DNA of 64,000 nucleotides, from assembly GCA_963555995.3 (NCBI GenBank), contig OY821641.1:352001-416000 (forward strand), given 5' to 3'. This DNA is from Vicinamibacteria bacterium (lineage in GTDB: Bacteria > Acidobacteriota > Vicinamibacteria > Marinacidobacterales > Marinacidobacteraceae). Made by a program: the position numbers and the translations under genes. Below the pieces are notes generated by a model. That model did no database searches. It had not been told where the DNA came from and saw nothing but the letters and a program-made list of their open reading frames with translations. Shown one piece after another: positions 9,020-22,220 of this stretch (position 1 is the stretch's first letter; every line of letters begins with the position of its first letter).

Positions 9020-10653
9020 TGGCGCCCGCGATTGATCTTCGTCCGGATCACCGGAAGATCGTCGAGGACATCCTGCGCGACCACCTCCCGGATGGCGCCA
9101 AGGTCTGGGTCTTCGGAAGTCGCGCCGAGTGGACCACCAAGGATTCTTCCGACCTGGACCTCGCGCTCGAAGGTGACGGGCCGCTCGATCGCCGGATCGT
9201 GATGGCGCTCGAACTGGCTTTCGAGGAGTCGTTCCTCCCGTTCCGGGTGGACGTGGTGGATCTGGAGCGGGTGCAGGAGCGGTTTAGAGAGATCGTGCTC
9301 CGAAGCCGCGTTGGCCTGTCTTTGCCGAGGGATGGTGAGGCAACGTATACGAATCGAGGCGAGATGGGGTTCTCAGATGCCTTCCTAGTGAATCCAAGAG
9401 TCAAGCTGGAACGAGATGTGGAGTATCCGTTCGTCGAAATGAGTGATCTGATGCCGGGTCTGCGTGCGGCTGTGTCAACGCGGCGTCGTCGGTTTCGCGG
9501 TGGCGGTTCTCGCTTCAGAGCCGGTGACACTTTGATGGCGCGAATAACGCCATGTCTCGAAAACGGCAAGATTGCCCGTTACGTGGCAACACGGAAAGAC
9601 GACGTAGGACATGGTTCGACCGAATTCATTGTCATTCGAGGCCGCCCCGATGTAACGGATACCGAGTTTGCCTTCTATGTGACGCGTTCAGATTCAGTCC
9701 GGGAATACGCGATCTCTCAGATGAGTGGCACATCGGGCCGGCAGCGCGTCCCAGTGGACGCGTTGAACACTCTGATGGTTTCTGTACCAAGCCTTCCTGA
9801 GCAGCGCGCAATCGCGAGCGTTCTCGGGACGCTCGATGACCGCATCGAGCTGAACCGGCGGATGAACGAGATATTGGACGCGATGGCGCGGGCGCTCTTC
9901 AAGTCCTGGTTCGTGGACTTCGATCCTGTACGGTCAAAAATGGAAGGCCGCGACGCGGGTCTGCCGTCCGAGATCGCCGACTTGTTCCCGGACCGGCTGG
10001 TGGAGTCGGAGTTGGGCGAGATTCCCGAGGGATGGGCCGTCATGCCGCTTGCAGAGGTCATGGAAATCAACCCCGTCCGCACACTCAGTAGGGGTCACAT
10101 CGCGCCCTACCTCGATATGGCAAACATGCCGAGAACGGGTCATGTTCCTCTCAGTATCCGAATGCGGAACTTCGGCTCGGGGACCCGATTTGTGAACGGC
10201 GACACGCTCATGGCGCGGATTACGCCATGCCTTGAGCATGGGAAGACAGCCTATGTGGATTTCCTCCAACACGGTGAAGTCGGATGGGGTTCGACTGAGT
10301 TCATTGTGCTGCGACCGAGGCTGCCAATCCCCGGCGAATATGCCTACTGTCTTGCGAGAAGTTCTCGTCTTCGCGAACACGCGATCGCGAGCATGACGGG
10401 GAGCAGTGGGCGACAGCGAGTTCCGCCGGCCGCGCTTTCCCAGTTCCTGGTGTGTGTGGCAACTCCGGGGATCTATCGCGCGTTTGGCGATTCGGTGAGC
10501 GCGTTGTTCGCCCGTGTGCGAGAAGGGCAGCGTCGTTCGCGTGCCGCGACTTCCCTCCGCGACATGCTCCTGCCCAAGCTCGTGTCCGGCGAAGTCCGCG
10601 TGCCCTCTACTCTGGTCGGGCGCTACAACGACCCCGCAGCGCCTGCGACCTGA
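9019..10653 (+). CDS. hsdS: Fusion of a minimal nucleotidyltransferase (MNT) and the type I R-M specificity subunit
   Basis: N-terminal VWVFGSRAEWTTKDSSDLD (GSx10DxD) and LPFRVDVVD; then two TRDs with the conserved helix PSLPEQRAIASVLGTLDDRIELNRRMNE and LRDMLLPKLVSGE; TGATG coupling to HEPN copy 2. Confidence 0.92.
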   Translation: MAPAIDLRPDHRKIVEDILRDHLPDGAKVWVFGSRAEWTTKDSSDLDLALEGDGPLDRRIVMALELAFEESFLPFRVDVVDLERVQERFREIVLRSRVGLSLPRDGEATYTNRGEMGFSDAFLVNPRVKLERDVEYPFVEMSDLMPGLRAAVSTRRRRFRGGGSRFRAGDTLMARITPCLENGKIARYVATRKDDVGHGSTEFIVIRGRPDVTDTEFAFYVTRSDSVREYAISQMSGTSGRQRVPVDALNTLMVSVPSLPEQRAIASVLGTLDDRIELNRRMNEILDAMARALFKSWFVDFDPVRSKMEGRDAGLPSEIADLFPDRLVESELGEIPEGWAVMPLAEVMEINPVRTLSRGHIAPYLDMANMPRTGHVPLSIRMRNFGSGTRFVNGDTLMARITPCLEHGKTAYVDFLQHGEVGWGSTEFIVLRPRLPIPGEYAYCLARSSRLREHAIASMTGSSGRQRVPPAALSQFLVCVATPGIYRAFGDSVSALFARVREGQRRSRAATSLRDMLLPKLVSGEVRVPSTLVGRYNDPAAPAT

Positions 10654-10857
10654 TGTTCGTCGGGCGTGATCCAGGGCGGGAAGCAACACGTGCAGAATTT
10701 GCACAAGTTCGATTTCGGCACGGGAGGCCCGGATCTCTCCGGGTGCATCCTGGGGGCTGGTTGTCCGACGGGACCTCCGAAGACGGATTGAGACATCTGT
10801 GCGGCTTGTCCCAGAGCACGGCCCAAAAGGTGGGGGCAACTAGTAAGGATTCCTTAA

Positions 10858-12372
10858 CAGCCTGTGGTGAAACTCCGCTGGGCGGGATTGAGTGCGCTGG
10901 CGGGGCTTCGTAGAATTTTCGCATGGCTATGGGACGTCGCGGGACGCGGCGGCAAGGGTTGTGGATTGCGACCGGGGCGCTGCCTCGGAGCAAGGGGGAT
11001 CCGTTTTACGAGCGTCTGAATAAGGTTCTCGGGGGGGATCGCTTTGACGAGTATGTGGAGGAGCGGTGTGAGCGTCACTACGCGCCGGACGGTCGTCCTG
11101 GGCTTGCGCCTGGGCGGTATTTCCGCTGCCTTCTGATCGGGTATTTCGAGGGTCTGGACTCGGAGCGATTGATCGCGTGGCGGGTGAACGACTCCCGCAG
11201 CCTGTTGCGGTTCCTGGGTTACGGGCCGGCGGACAGCGGGCCGGATCATTCGACGATTTCGCGGACGCGCCGTCGGGTGAGTGAGGAGACGCACGCGGAG
11301 GTGTTCGGCTGGGTTGTGGAGCGGGTGAAGCGAGCGGGGCTTCTGCGGGGGGATGCGCTGGGGGTGGATACGACGACGCTGATGGCGAACGCCTCGATGC
11401 GGAAGATCGTGCGACGGGACAGCGGGGAGGGCTACCGGGAGTATGTGAGGAGGTTGATGGAGGAGTCGGGGATCGAGGCTCCGACGTTGGAGGAGTTGGC
11501 GCGCTACGACCGGACGCGGAAGAAGCGGTTGTCGAACGGCGACTGGGCGCATCCGGTGGACCCCGAGGCCCGCATCAGTCGGCTGAAGGATGGCCGGACG
11601 CGGATGGGGTACAAGGCGGAGCACGCCGTGGACCTGGCGAGTGGCGCGATCGCGGCGGTGACGGTCCAACCCGGGGACCGCGGGGACACCAAGACCCTGC
11701 CGCAGACCCTGGACGAAGCGGAGAAGCATGTGGGGGCCGGGGCGGCGGAGGCTGAAACGCCGGGGAAGCCAACGGCTTGCCGGAAGGAGGGGAAGCCCCG
11801 GTCCTTGGTGTGTGACAAGGGGTATCACAGCGATGCGGTGATCGAGCAGACGCGGGAGCGTGGTTACCGTTCGTACATCGCGGAGCCGAAGCGCGGGCGT
11901 CGTCGCTGGCGGGGTCGAGAGTCCCTGCGTCGCGCGACATACGGCAACCGTCGGCGGGTTCGTGGAAATCGCGGCACCCGGCTGCGAAGACGGCGCCACG
12001 AACTGACGGAGCGTTCCTTCGCGCACTGCTACGAGACCGGCGGGATGCGCCGGGTGTGGTTGCGGGGCAGTGGGAACATTCGAAAACGTCTGCTGATCCA
12101 CACCGCTGGCTTCAATCTGTCGCTGCTCATGCGGCGCCTGACCGGGATCGGGAAACCAAAGGGCCTCCAGAACCGGAACATGGAGGCCATGCAGCGCCAC
12201 TTGTCGCCCGGACGGGCCTCCCTGTGGCGCATCGTGCACCTCTGGCGCCGTTGTCCGACCGCGATCCTCGTTCTCTTGACCGAACCCCCGTCCTGGCCGT
12301 GTCTCCACGAGCAGAAGCTCGACGCTCATTCCCGACGGAATCCGCCGTGAACGCCACTTTCACCACAGGCTG
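10858..12372 (+). mobile_element. IS1182-family insertion sequence
   Basis: Terminal inverted repeats CAGCCTGTGGTGAAA / TTTCACCACAGGCTG; TTAA duplicated at 10854-10857 and 12373-12376. Confidence 0.9.
10923..12350 (+). CDS. DDE transposase (IS1182/IS5-like, DUF772-type N-terminus)
   Basis: LLIGYFEGLDSER..PDHSTISRTR, VDTT, CDKGY and ERSFAH motifs. Confidence 0.92.
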   Translation: MAMGRRGTRRQGLWIATGALPRSKGDPFYERLNKVLGGDRFDEYVEERCERHYAPDGRPGLAPGRYFRCLLIGYFEGLDSERLIAWRVNDSRSLLRFLGYGPADSGPDHSTISRTRRRVSEETHAEVFGWVVERVKRAGLLRGDALGVDTTTLMANASMRKIVRRDSGEGYREYVRRLMEESGIEAPTLEELARYDRTRKKRLSNGDWAHPVDPEARISRLKDGRTRMGYKAEHAVDLASGAIAAVTVQPGDRGDTKTLPQTLDEAEKHVGAGAAEAETPGKPTACRKEGKPRSLVCDKGYHSDAVIEQTRERGYRSYIAEPKRGRRRWRGRESLRRATYGNRRRVRGNRGTRLRRRRHELTERSFAHCYETGGMRRVWLRGSGNIRKRLLIHTAGFNLSLLMRRLTGIGKPKGLQNRNMEAMQRHLSPGRASLWRIVHLWRRCPTAILVLLTEPPSWPCLHEQKLDAHSRRNPP

Positions 12373-12416
12373 TTAATGGTTCGATCCGAAGGGCGCCGGA
12401 CGGTTCGCCCTTGACG

Positions 12417-15539
<3,123 letters not shown>

Positions 15540-15592
15540 GCGGTTACCAGGCGCAGCTCCCGGGTTCCCCGGTTGCTCTGTAGGAGGTCTTC

Positions 15593-15925
15593 ATGACTCA
15601 TAAACCCGATGCCCTTGAACGAGATTTCGACGCCGCGATGATGCAGATCTACTACCGTGCGAAGGACGAGGTGGGATACAACGCGAACCGGTTTCTGCAA
15701 ATGCTGCACGACTACGGCGGCGTTGAAACCGCCAGGCGCCTGCTACCGGCCATGTCCGACGGATTCACTGCACTCTACGAACACTGTCGTCTCGACCTGA
15801 CCGTCGAGTACCTCGTGCTGCAACCCCGATGGCATCAACTCTTCACGGATGAAGAGCGAGACACGGCGCGTCGCCGTCTCAAGTGCTGCGGGATGGAGGT
15901 TCCGGCCGTATCTCGTTCGGACTAA
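15593..15925 (+). CDS. Small hypothetical protein
   Basis: AGGAGG RBS; globular-looking FDAAMMQIYYRAK..GYNANRFLQML..GGVETARRLL..RLDLTVE sequence. Confidence 0.7.
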   Translation: MTHKPDALERDFDAAMMQIYYRAKDEVGYNANRFLQMLHDYGGVETARRLLPAMSDGFTALYEHCRLDLTVEYLVLQPRWHQLFTDEERDTARRRLKCCGMEVPAVSRSD

Positions 15926-17064
15926 GACCTCCGGAGGTAGGACGCCATCACCGGATCAACCAGCGTCCAGCGGCCGTCGTCATTCCGGTGGATCAGGTCG
16001 TCCTGTTCGAGTACCGCACGGGCGTGATTCCCGGTGGATGCGGGCAGCCTGAGAGTGGACAGGAACCGGTGGGAGCCCGGGTGTTCCACTCCGTCCTCGG
16101 ACTGGGCGATGGCCTTGAGCATGGCGCGTTGGCTGGCCGGACGACGGAGCAGGCGGCCGGCGGCGACGCGTCCATCTTCGTCCACGATTCGGGACCAATG
16201 CGCTTCCACGGATTCGATGCCGGGCGAGCGCTGACCGCCCCAGAGCCGGGCGCAGAGCGCATTCACATAGTAGGGATGCCGTGCCGTGAGCCTGAGGACT
16301 CGAGCGATCACGTCGTCGGCCACCGGCTGGCCCCAGCGTGTCCGGCTCGCTTCCTGGATGAAGGCCCGGTAGTCAGCCTCCCCGATGCGGTCGAGGGTGA
16401 TCTTGCGGCACAGGCGGTACAACGGCCGCTCCTCATCCTCGAACATCCCGGCCAGCAGGCGCCGCTGGCTCCCGGAGAAGAGATAGGTGACATTCCCTGA
16501 CCGTTCGACCGCGTGCCGGATGGCGCCTTCGAGGCTGCGCTGCGCGGTCTTGGGGGAAAGCTGCGACAACTGCTGAAACTCGTCGAGCACCAGGACCACC
16601 CGGCGCCCGACCATCCCGGCGGCCCGGTCGAGGCCGAGCAGCATTTCGGTGATTCCCCGTGTCGGAGGACCCGGCGGCGTGAGGCGGATCTTCAGACCCA
16701 TCGCACCGACGGAGAATTCCGGAGAGAGCGCGCGGAACGCGTCGGTGAGCGTTTGACTCGCTTTTCTGCCCTTTGGTGCGATCCGGGCGCTCACGCCTTC
16801 AACTGCCGTTCGCAACCGTCCTTCGAGGTCTTGGCCGTCGTGGGCGACCAGCAGGTCAACGGCGGTGGCGGCGATCTCCGTTCCAGCGAGGTCCTGCAGC
16901 ACCTGTTCGATGAGGCTGGTCTTGCCCGTCCGGCGGTGGCCCCAGAGCCAGGTGTGCGTCCCGGAAGCGATGTTGTGGCTGAGTTCGGCGCGCTCCTCCG
17001 TGCGGTTGCAGTGGGCGGCTCCCGTCGCGATTCCGAGCGGGAAGAGGTCCGTTCCGGCTGCCAT
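15922..17064 (-). CDS. AAA/archaeal-type ATPase with C-terminal wHTH
   Basis: CNRTEE, GHRRTGKTSL (Walker A), LVLDEFQ (Walker B), GSQRRLL and HPYYVN. Confidence 0.88.
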   Translation of the reverse strand: MAAGTDLFPLGIATGAAHCNRTEERAELSHNIASGTHTWLWGHRRTGKTSLIEQVLQDLAGTEIAATAVDLLVAHDGQDLEGRLRTAVEGVSARIAPKGRKASQTLTDAFRALSPEFSVGAMGLKIRLTPPGPPTRGITEMLLGLDRAAGMVGRRVVLVLDEFQQLSQLSPKTAQRSLEGAIRHAVERSGNVTYLFSGSQRRLLAGMFEDEERPLYRLCRKITLDRIGEADYRAFIQEASRTRWGQPVADDVIARVLRLTARHPYYVNALCARLWGGQRSPGIESVEAHWSRIVDEDGRVAAGRLLRRPASQRAMLKAIAQSEDGVEHPGSHRFLSTLRLPASTGNHARAVLEQDDLIHRNDDGRWTLVDPVMASYLRRS

Positions 17065-17077
17065 GTGAGGGATTTTA

Positions 17078-17095
17078 TTCCAATACATATTGGAA
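17078..17095. promoter_or_regulatory. Palindromic operator upstream of the ATPase
   Basis: TTCCAATA-CA-TATTGGAA; the paralogous site 4684-4699 is the perfect palindrome TCCAACATATGTTGGA. Confidence 0.6.
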
Positions 17096-17206
17096 CAAGG
17101 ATCATTGGTTCAACGGATATGGAAGCCGTCCTTCTCGCGACGGTGCGTTGCAGGGCACGGGTTCGCCATCCGTGCCGGTTTGGTGGGGCGCCTCGCGCCT
17201 TCGGCG

Positions 17207-17232
17207 GTGCCGGTCTGGAGACCGGCGGTCCC
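17207..17232. repeat. REP-like palindrome
   Basis: GTGCCGGTC-TGGA-GACCGGCGGTCCC. Confidence 0.75.
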
Positions 17233-17253
17233 TTCCGATCCGGAACGTCATGC

Positions 17254-18411
17254 TCAGATGACGTTCCGCTCCGGAGCGCCCTTCCCGCCGGTGAACCGCG
17301 CCACGGAGAACGCCTCGATCTCCACCGTCCTGGACTCCCCGTCGGCGATCACCTCGGAGATCGCCCGGCCGACCGCCGGGGCGTGCTGCATTCCGTGGCC
17401 CGAGAACCCGTTCGCCAGCACGAATCGGGGCAGTTCCGGGACCGGACCCAGGATCGCGTTGTGATCCGGGGAAACCTCGTAGAGGCCCGCGTTCAGCGTC
17501 TTCATCACCGTGTCCTCAACTCGCGGTAGCCGTCGGGTCGCGTCCTCCCACACCCCGGCCAGATAGTCGAGATCCGCGGTCTGCGAGAACCCCGGCGGCT
17601 CGTCGGGGTCCGAGTTCCCGATCAGCATCCCGCCGCTGTGGAGGTGCATGTATACCCCCGTACCCCAATCAATGGTCAGCGGCATCCGCTTCGGCCCCCA
17701 CGCCAGCGGCTCCGTCGTGAAGAACTGCCTCCGCACGGGCGAGACCGGCACGTCCACCCCGAGCAGCGCGCCCACCTGAGCGGCCCACGGCCCCGCCGCG
17801 TTCACGAGCCACGCGCACTCCCACCGCTCGCCGCCCGCCACGAACGAGAACCCGCCCCCGTCCGCTACCGCCGCCTCCGTCACCTCGCACCCGCGCCGCA
17901 ACTCCACACCCCCCCGCCGCGCGAGCGCCGCGTACCCCGCCACCAGCGCCGCCGGGGTCGCCACCCCGTCCTCCGCGCAGAACGTCGCCCCCACCAGGTC
18001 CCGGATCTCGATCCCCGGCAGGATGCGCCGCGCCTCCTCCGGCGTGATGACCTCCACCGGCGCGCCCAGCGCCCGCTGCACCTTCGCCGTCTCGGTGAAC
18101 CGCGCCAGGTCCGCTTCGGAGTCCAGCAGGAACAGGTACCCGTCCTGGGTGAAGTCGGCGTCCACCCCGGTCCGCTCCTTGAAGTTCCGGATCTCCTCGA
18201 TGGAATACCGCGAGAGCGCCACGTTCGCAGCGGTCGTGAACTGCAACCGCACCCCGCCGGCGGCCTTGGCGGTCGAACCCGTCCCCAGGGCGTCCTCGCG
18301 CTCGAAGACCACCACCCGGCCTACCTTCCGCTCCGCGAGATGGGCGGCGATGGAGGCGCCGATCACCCCGCCGCCGACGATGGCGACCTCGGCGAAGCGT
18401 TCCCCCGGCAT
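17254..18411 (-). CDS. FAD-dependent oxidoreductase (sarcosine oxidase beta / DAO family)
   Basis: IVGGGVIG, GSTAKAAGG, VNAAGPWA and GFSGHGMQHAPAVG. Confidence 0.92.
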   Translation of the reverse strand: MPGERFAEVAIVGGGVIGASIAAHLAERKVGRVVVFEREDALGTGSTAKAAGGVRLQFTTAANVALSRYSIEEIRNFKERTGVDADFTQDGYLFLLDSEADLARFTETAKVQRALGAPVEVITPEEARRILPGIEIRDLVGATFCAEDGVATPAALVAGYAALARRGGVELRRGCEVTEAAVADGGGFSFVAGGERWECAWLVNAAGPWAAQVGALLGVDVPVSPVRRQFFTTEPLAWGPKRMPLTIDWGTGVYMHLHSGGMLIGNSDPDEPPGFSQTADLDYLAGVWEDATRRLPRVEDTVMKTLNAGLYEVSPDHNAILGPVPELPRFVLANGFSGHGMQHAPAVGRAISEVIADGESRTVEIEAFSVARFTGGKGAPERNVI

Positions 18412-18495
18412 CACGCCCCGCACCCCGAACGGTCTCGGACCGTTCTCTTTTCCGGCATCGGTTTCGGGGCTCGCACCCGATAAAATTACGCCCCC

Positions 18496-19800
<1,305 letters not shown>

Positions 19801-19830
19801 CGGGCTTCGGCCCGGGGACAGACCGTCAAG

Positions 19831-20031
19831 ATGAAGGAAATAGTGGCGGTCATTCTGAATGGGATGTCCCGGATTCCGTTGTCGCCGACGATCTTTGCGG
19901 ATGAGGTCAGGAGGTCCGATCGAGACGCCTTCCGAAAGGACCTGGAGAAGCTCGGTCGCGATTTCCGGGTAGCTATGGGGCACGAAGAGGACCGACAGCC
20001 AAAGGGTCGCGTCGTCCGGAACCCTCAGTAA
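19831..20031 (+). CDS. Small hypothetical protein
   Basis: 66-aa ORF of lower GC with an amphipathic SDRDAFRKDLEKLGRDFRVAM segment. Confidence 0.45.
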   Translation: MKEIVAVILNGMSRIPLSPTIFADEVRRSDRDAFRKDLEKLGRDFRVAMGHEEDRQPKGRVVRNPQ

Positions 20032-20055
20032 GCCACCGAACCCGACCACAGCCGA

Positions 20056-20081
20056 TACGGAGAGCGGCCGGTGCCGGCGGG
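20056..20081 (+). repeat. Degenerate copy of the gltA 3' end
   Basis: 23/26 identity to 19771-19796 by manual alignment. Confidence 0.65.
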
Positions 20082-20147
20082 CGGAAGGCCGGCGGTGGAG
20101 CCACACGGGCGAGCAGCGTTGCGCCCTCCGCTCGCCTCCGGCGCGCT

Positions 20148-20174
20148 GTGCCGACCGGAGGTCGGCGCTCCAAG
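20148..20174. repeat. REP-like palindrome (covariant stem)
   Basis: GTGCCGACC-GGA-GGTCGGCGCTCCAAG. Confidence 0.7.
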
Positions 20175-20289
20175 CCGGCGCGCCGTGAAGGAGAACGGCC
20201 CGCTGGAGACGGGGACGTGACTTGCGCGAATCTGTTCGTACCCCACAATCGTTGGCGGTCGGCCCGAACACAACGATAACATTGTGTTA

Positions 20290-20733
20290 GTGATTACCAA
20301 CGAGAGGCAGTACAGGATTACGCGCAAGAGGGCGGTTGGCTTCGCCCGCGTGATCGAGCAGTTCGACACGGGGTCGGACGAGTGCACGGACTTGCATCCG
20401 CGGCTGCTGCGGGCCGAACTGGAAGGCATGAAGAGTCAATTGGCGGAGTTGCGCCAGGAACTTGAGGAGTACGAACAGTTGAAGTCGGCGGATCTGTCGG
20501 TGATTTCGGTGGCGTCGTTCGATGAACTTGCGGGCGGCCTGATCAAGGCCAGGATTGCGGCGGGTCTGAGCCAACGCGGGCTTGCAGAACGGCTGAATCT
20601 CAAGGAGCAGCAGATTCAGCGGTACGAAGCCGAGGGCTATGCGTCCGCCAGCTTTCGGCGACTGTGTGAGATCGCGCAGGCCTTGGGGATTCGGGTCGAA
20701 AACGAGATGCTCCTTCGCGTTGCGCCGGTGTGA
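20290..20733 (+). CDS. XRE/Cro-CI HTH protein (antitoxin-like)
   Basis: MITNERQYRIT N-terminus; LIKARIAAGLSQRGLAERLNLKEQQIQRYE HTH; TAACAT 7 nt before GTG. Confidence 0.88.
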   Translation: MITNERQYRITRKRAVGFARVIEQFDTGSDECTDLHPRLLRAELEGMKSQLAELRQELEEYEQLKSADLSVISVASFDELAGGLIKARIAAGLSQRGLAERLNLKEQQIQRYEAEGYASASFRRLCEIAQALGIRVENEMLLRVAPV

Positions 20734-20765
20734 AGGCCCTTACCGGGAGGACTGGCCGGCGCTTC

Positions 20766-20823
20766 CGCGCGCCCGAAGCCGTTGTATCTGGCCTACTGGG
20801 AGCGGCCGGTTCCGGCGGGGTGA
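20766..20823 (+). repeat. Degenerate copy of the gltA 3' end including the stop codon
   Basis: 48/58 identity to 19743-19800; encodes ARPKPLYLAYWERPVPAG* versus ARPKQLYLGYDERPVPAG*. Confidence 0.85.
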
Positions 20824-20883
20824 GGCGACCCGCCGCGCGGCGTGGGTTTGACGACGAGGCCACAAAGGGGCTGAATTCGCCGC

Positions 20884-21171
20884 GTGAAGACGGTGGGAGG
20901 ACGAACCCTCAGGAAACGGCTCAGCGAATACCTGCGTGCGGCCCAGGATGGCGAGTCCCTCGCGGTGACCCGGCGCGGTGTCGTCGTGGCCCGGTTGGGT
21001 CCTCCCGAAGCCGGTGGCGAGCGTCGGGAGGAAGCACTGCGACCTCAGGCCCGGGCGGGAGACGCCCGCTTGGGGAAGCCCAACCGGCCGGATCTGTATT
21101 CCCCGCCGCCGGGACTCGTGTCGAGCGAGGAGGTTCGGGCAGCGCTCGATTGGGTCCGAGGCGAAGGTTGA
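20884..21171 (+). CDS. Orphan Phd/YefM antitoxin (toxin reduced to a few codons)
   Basis: MKTVGGRTLRKRLSEYLRAAQDGE..TRRG, paralogous to 2414-2707; followed by TTG ATC CTC TGA and then a REP. Confidence 0.78.
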   Translation: MKTVGGRTLRKRLSEYLRAAQDGESLAVTRRGVVVARLGPPEAGGERREEALRPQARAGDARLGKPNRPDLYSPPPGLVSSEEVRAALDWVRGEG

Positions 21172-21192
21172 TCCTCTGAGGAGAGCGCTTCG

Positions 21193-21237
21193 CGGCCCTG
21201 CGGGCCGCGTGCCGGTCTGAAGACCGGCGCTCCCAGC
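21193..21237. repeat. REP-like palindrome
   Basis: GCGTGCCGGTC-TGAA-GACCGGCGCTCCC. Confidence 0.85.
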
Positions 21238-21371
21238 CTACGTGCTACCGGTCGGGGCCGGCGTCCCTTCGGCCTTCACGAATCTCCCGAGCCCGGCAGC
21301 ACCCCGCGGTGGAAGTCCTGGCACTCCCAGACCGCTACGACGGTCGCTCCAACTCGCGAACGCGCGCCGCC

Positions 21372-22148
21372 TTAGGTGGTCACGCCGTCCAGATCCACGA
21401 TGACGGGTGCGGCTTCGGTTCGGTGGTCTGTGTCCACCCACGCGTCGCGCAAGCAGTCCGCCAGAATCTGGCTGCCGAGAACCAGGTGAAGCCTCGAAGT
21501 GCCTTCCTCGGAGAACTGGAACCCGAAGTTGAAGCCGGCTTTGCCGTCGGGATGGGCTTGGCGGTAGAGGTCCACGAATCCGAGTTCGCAGAGCCGGGCC
21601 AATTCCTGCTGTTCCCGTTGGCTGTACGCGCTTCCCGGCTTGGGACGACGACCGTCCGGCAACACGTTGAAATCTCCACACAACAGGCTCGGCCGCTGGG
21701 CGTAGCCTTCCTTGCGAACGTGGGTCCGCAGGCACTCCAGCCAAGCCACCCGGGTGTTGATGGCCTTCTCGTTGGCGTCCTTGCGGGGGTTTCCGTACTT
21801 GGCCGGGTTTCCGTACGGGGCGTAGATGGACGAGAACCGTATCTGCCCGATGTCCACCGTGAGCAAGCGGGCCCCGTTTGCTTCCGGACAGGGCAGGCCG
21901 CGGAAGCGGACCACGGGCTTGGGTAACTCCCGCCGGCTTAGCACGGCAACGCCGTAGTCCGTCGGACAGGTCCGACCGAATGCAGCGCTGTGGTAGCCGG
22001 CTTCCTCCAGTGCCTTGGTCGGGAACGCGGTTTCGGGCACGGAGATCTTCTGGAGGGCCACGATGTCGGGCTTCCTGGCCGCGAGCCAGTCCAGGATCCT
22101 GGGAAGGCGCTTTCGGATGCTTCGGACGGATGACGTTGCGATTCGCAT
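21372..22148 (-). CDS. Exodeoxyribonuclease III / EEP family protein, divergent and possibly inactive
   Basis: MRIATSSVRSIRKRL, PDIVALQK, YGVAVLSR, SIYAPYG and LCGDFNV; canonical N/E/D/H positions are substituted (LQK for LQE, RLHL for RIDH, TEAAPV for SDHAPV). Confidence 0.8.
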   Translation of the reverse strand: MRIATSSVRSIRKRLPRILDWLAARKPDIVALQKISVPETAFPTKALEEAGYHSAAFGRTCPTDYGVAVLSRRELPKPVVRFRGLPCPEANGARLLTVDIGQIRFSSIYAPYGNPAKYGNPRKDANEKAINTRVAWLECLRTHVRKEGYAQRPSLLCGDFNVLPDGRRPKPGSAYSQREQQELARLCELGFVDLYRQAHPDGKAGFNFGFQFSEEGTSRLHLVLGSQILADCLRDAWVDTDHRTEAAPVIVDLDGVTT

Positions 22149-22220
22149 GGTTTCTTTTCGTCGGGACGCGAACCGTACTTGTGCAGGACGCCAAATGCTG
22201 TCAGGGTTTCAGCCGGACCC

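Noticed and set aside
10654-10857. Gene interrupted by the IS between hsdS and hsdR
   Set aside because: A short open frame exists but has no recognisable motif and no substantial continuation after the IS.
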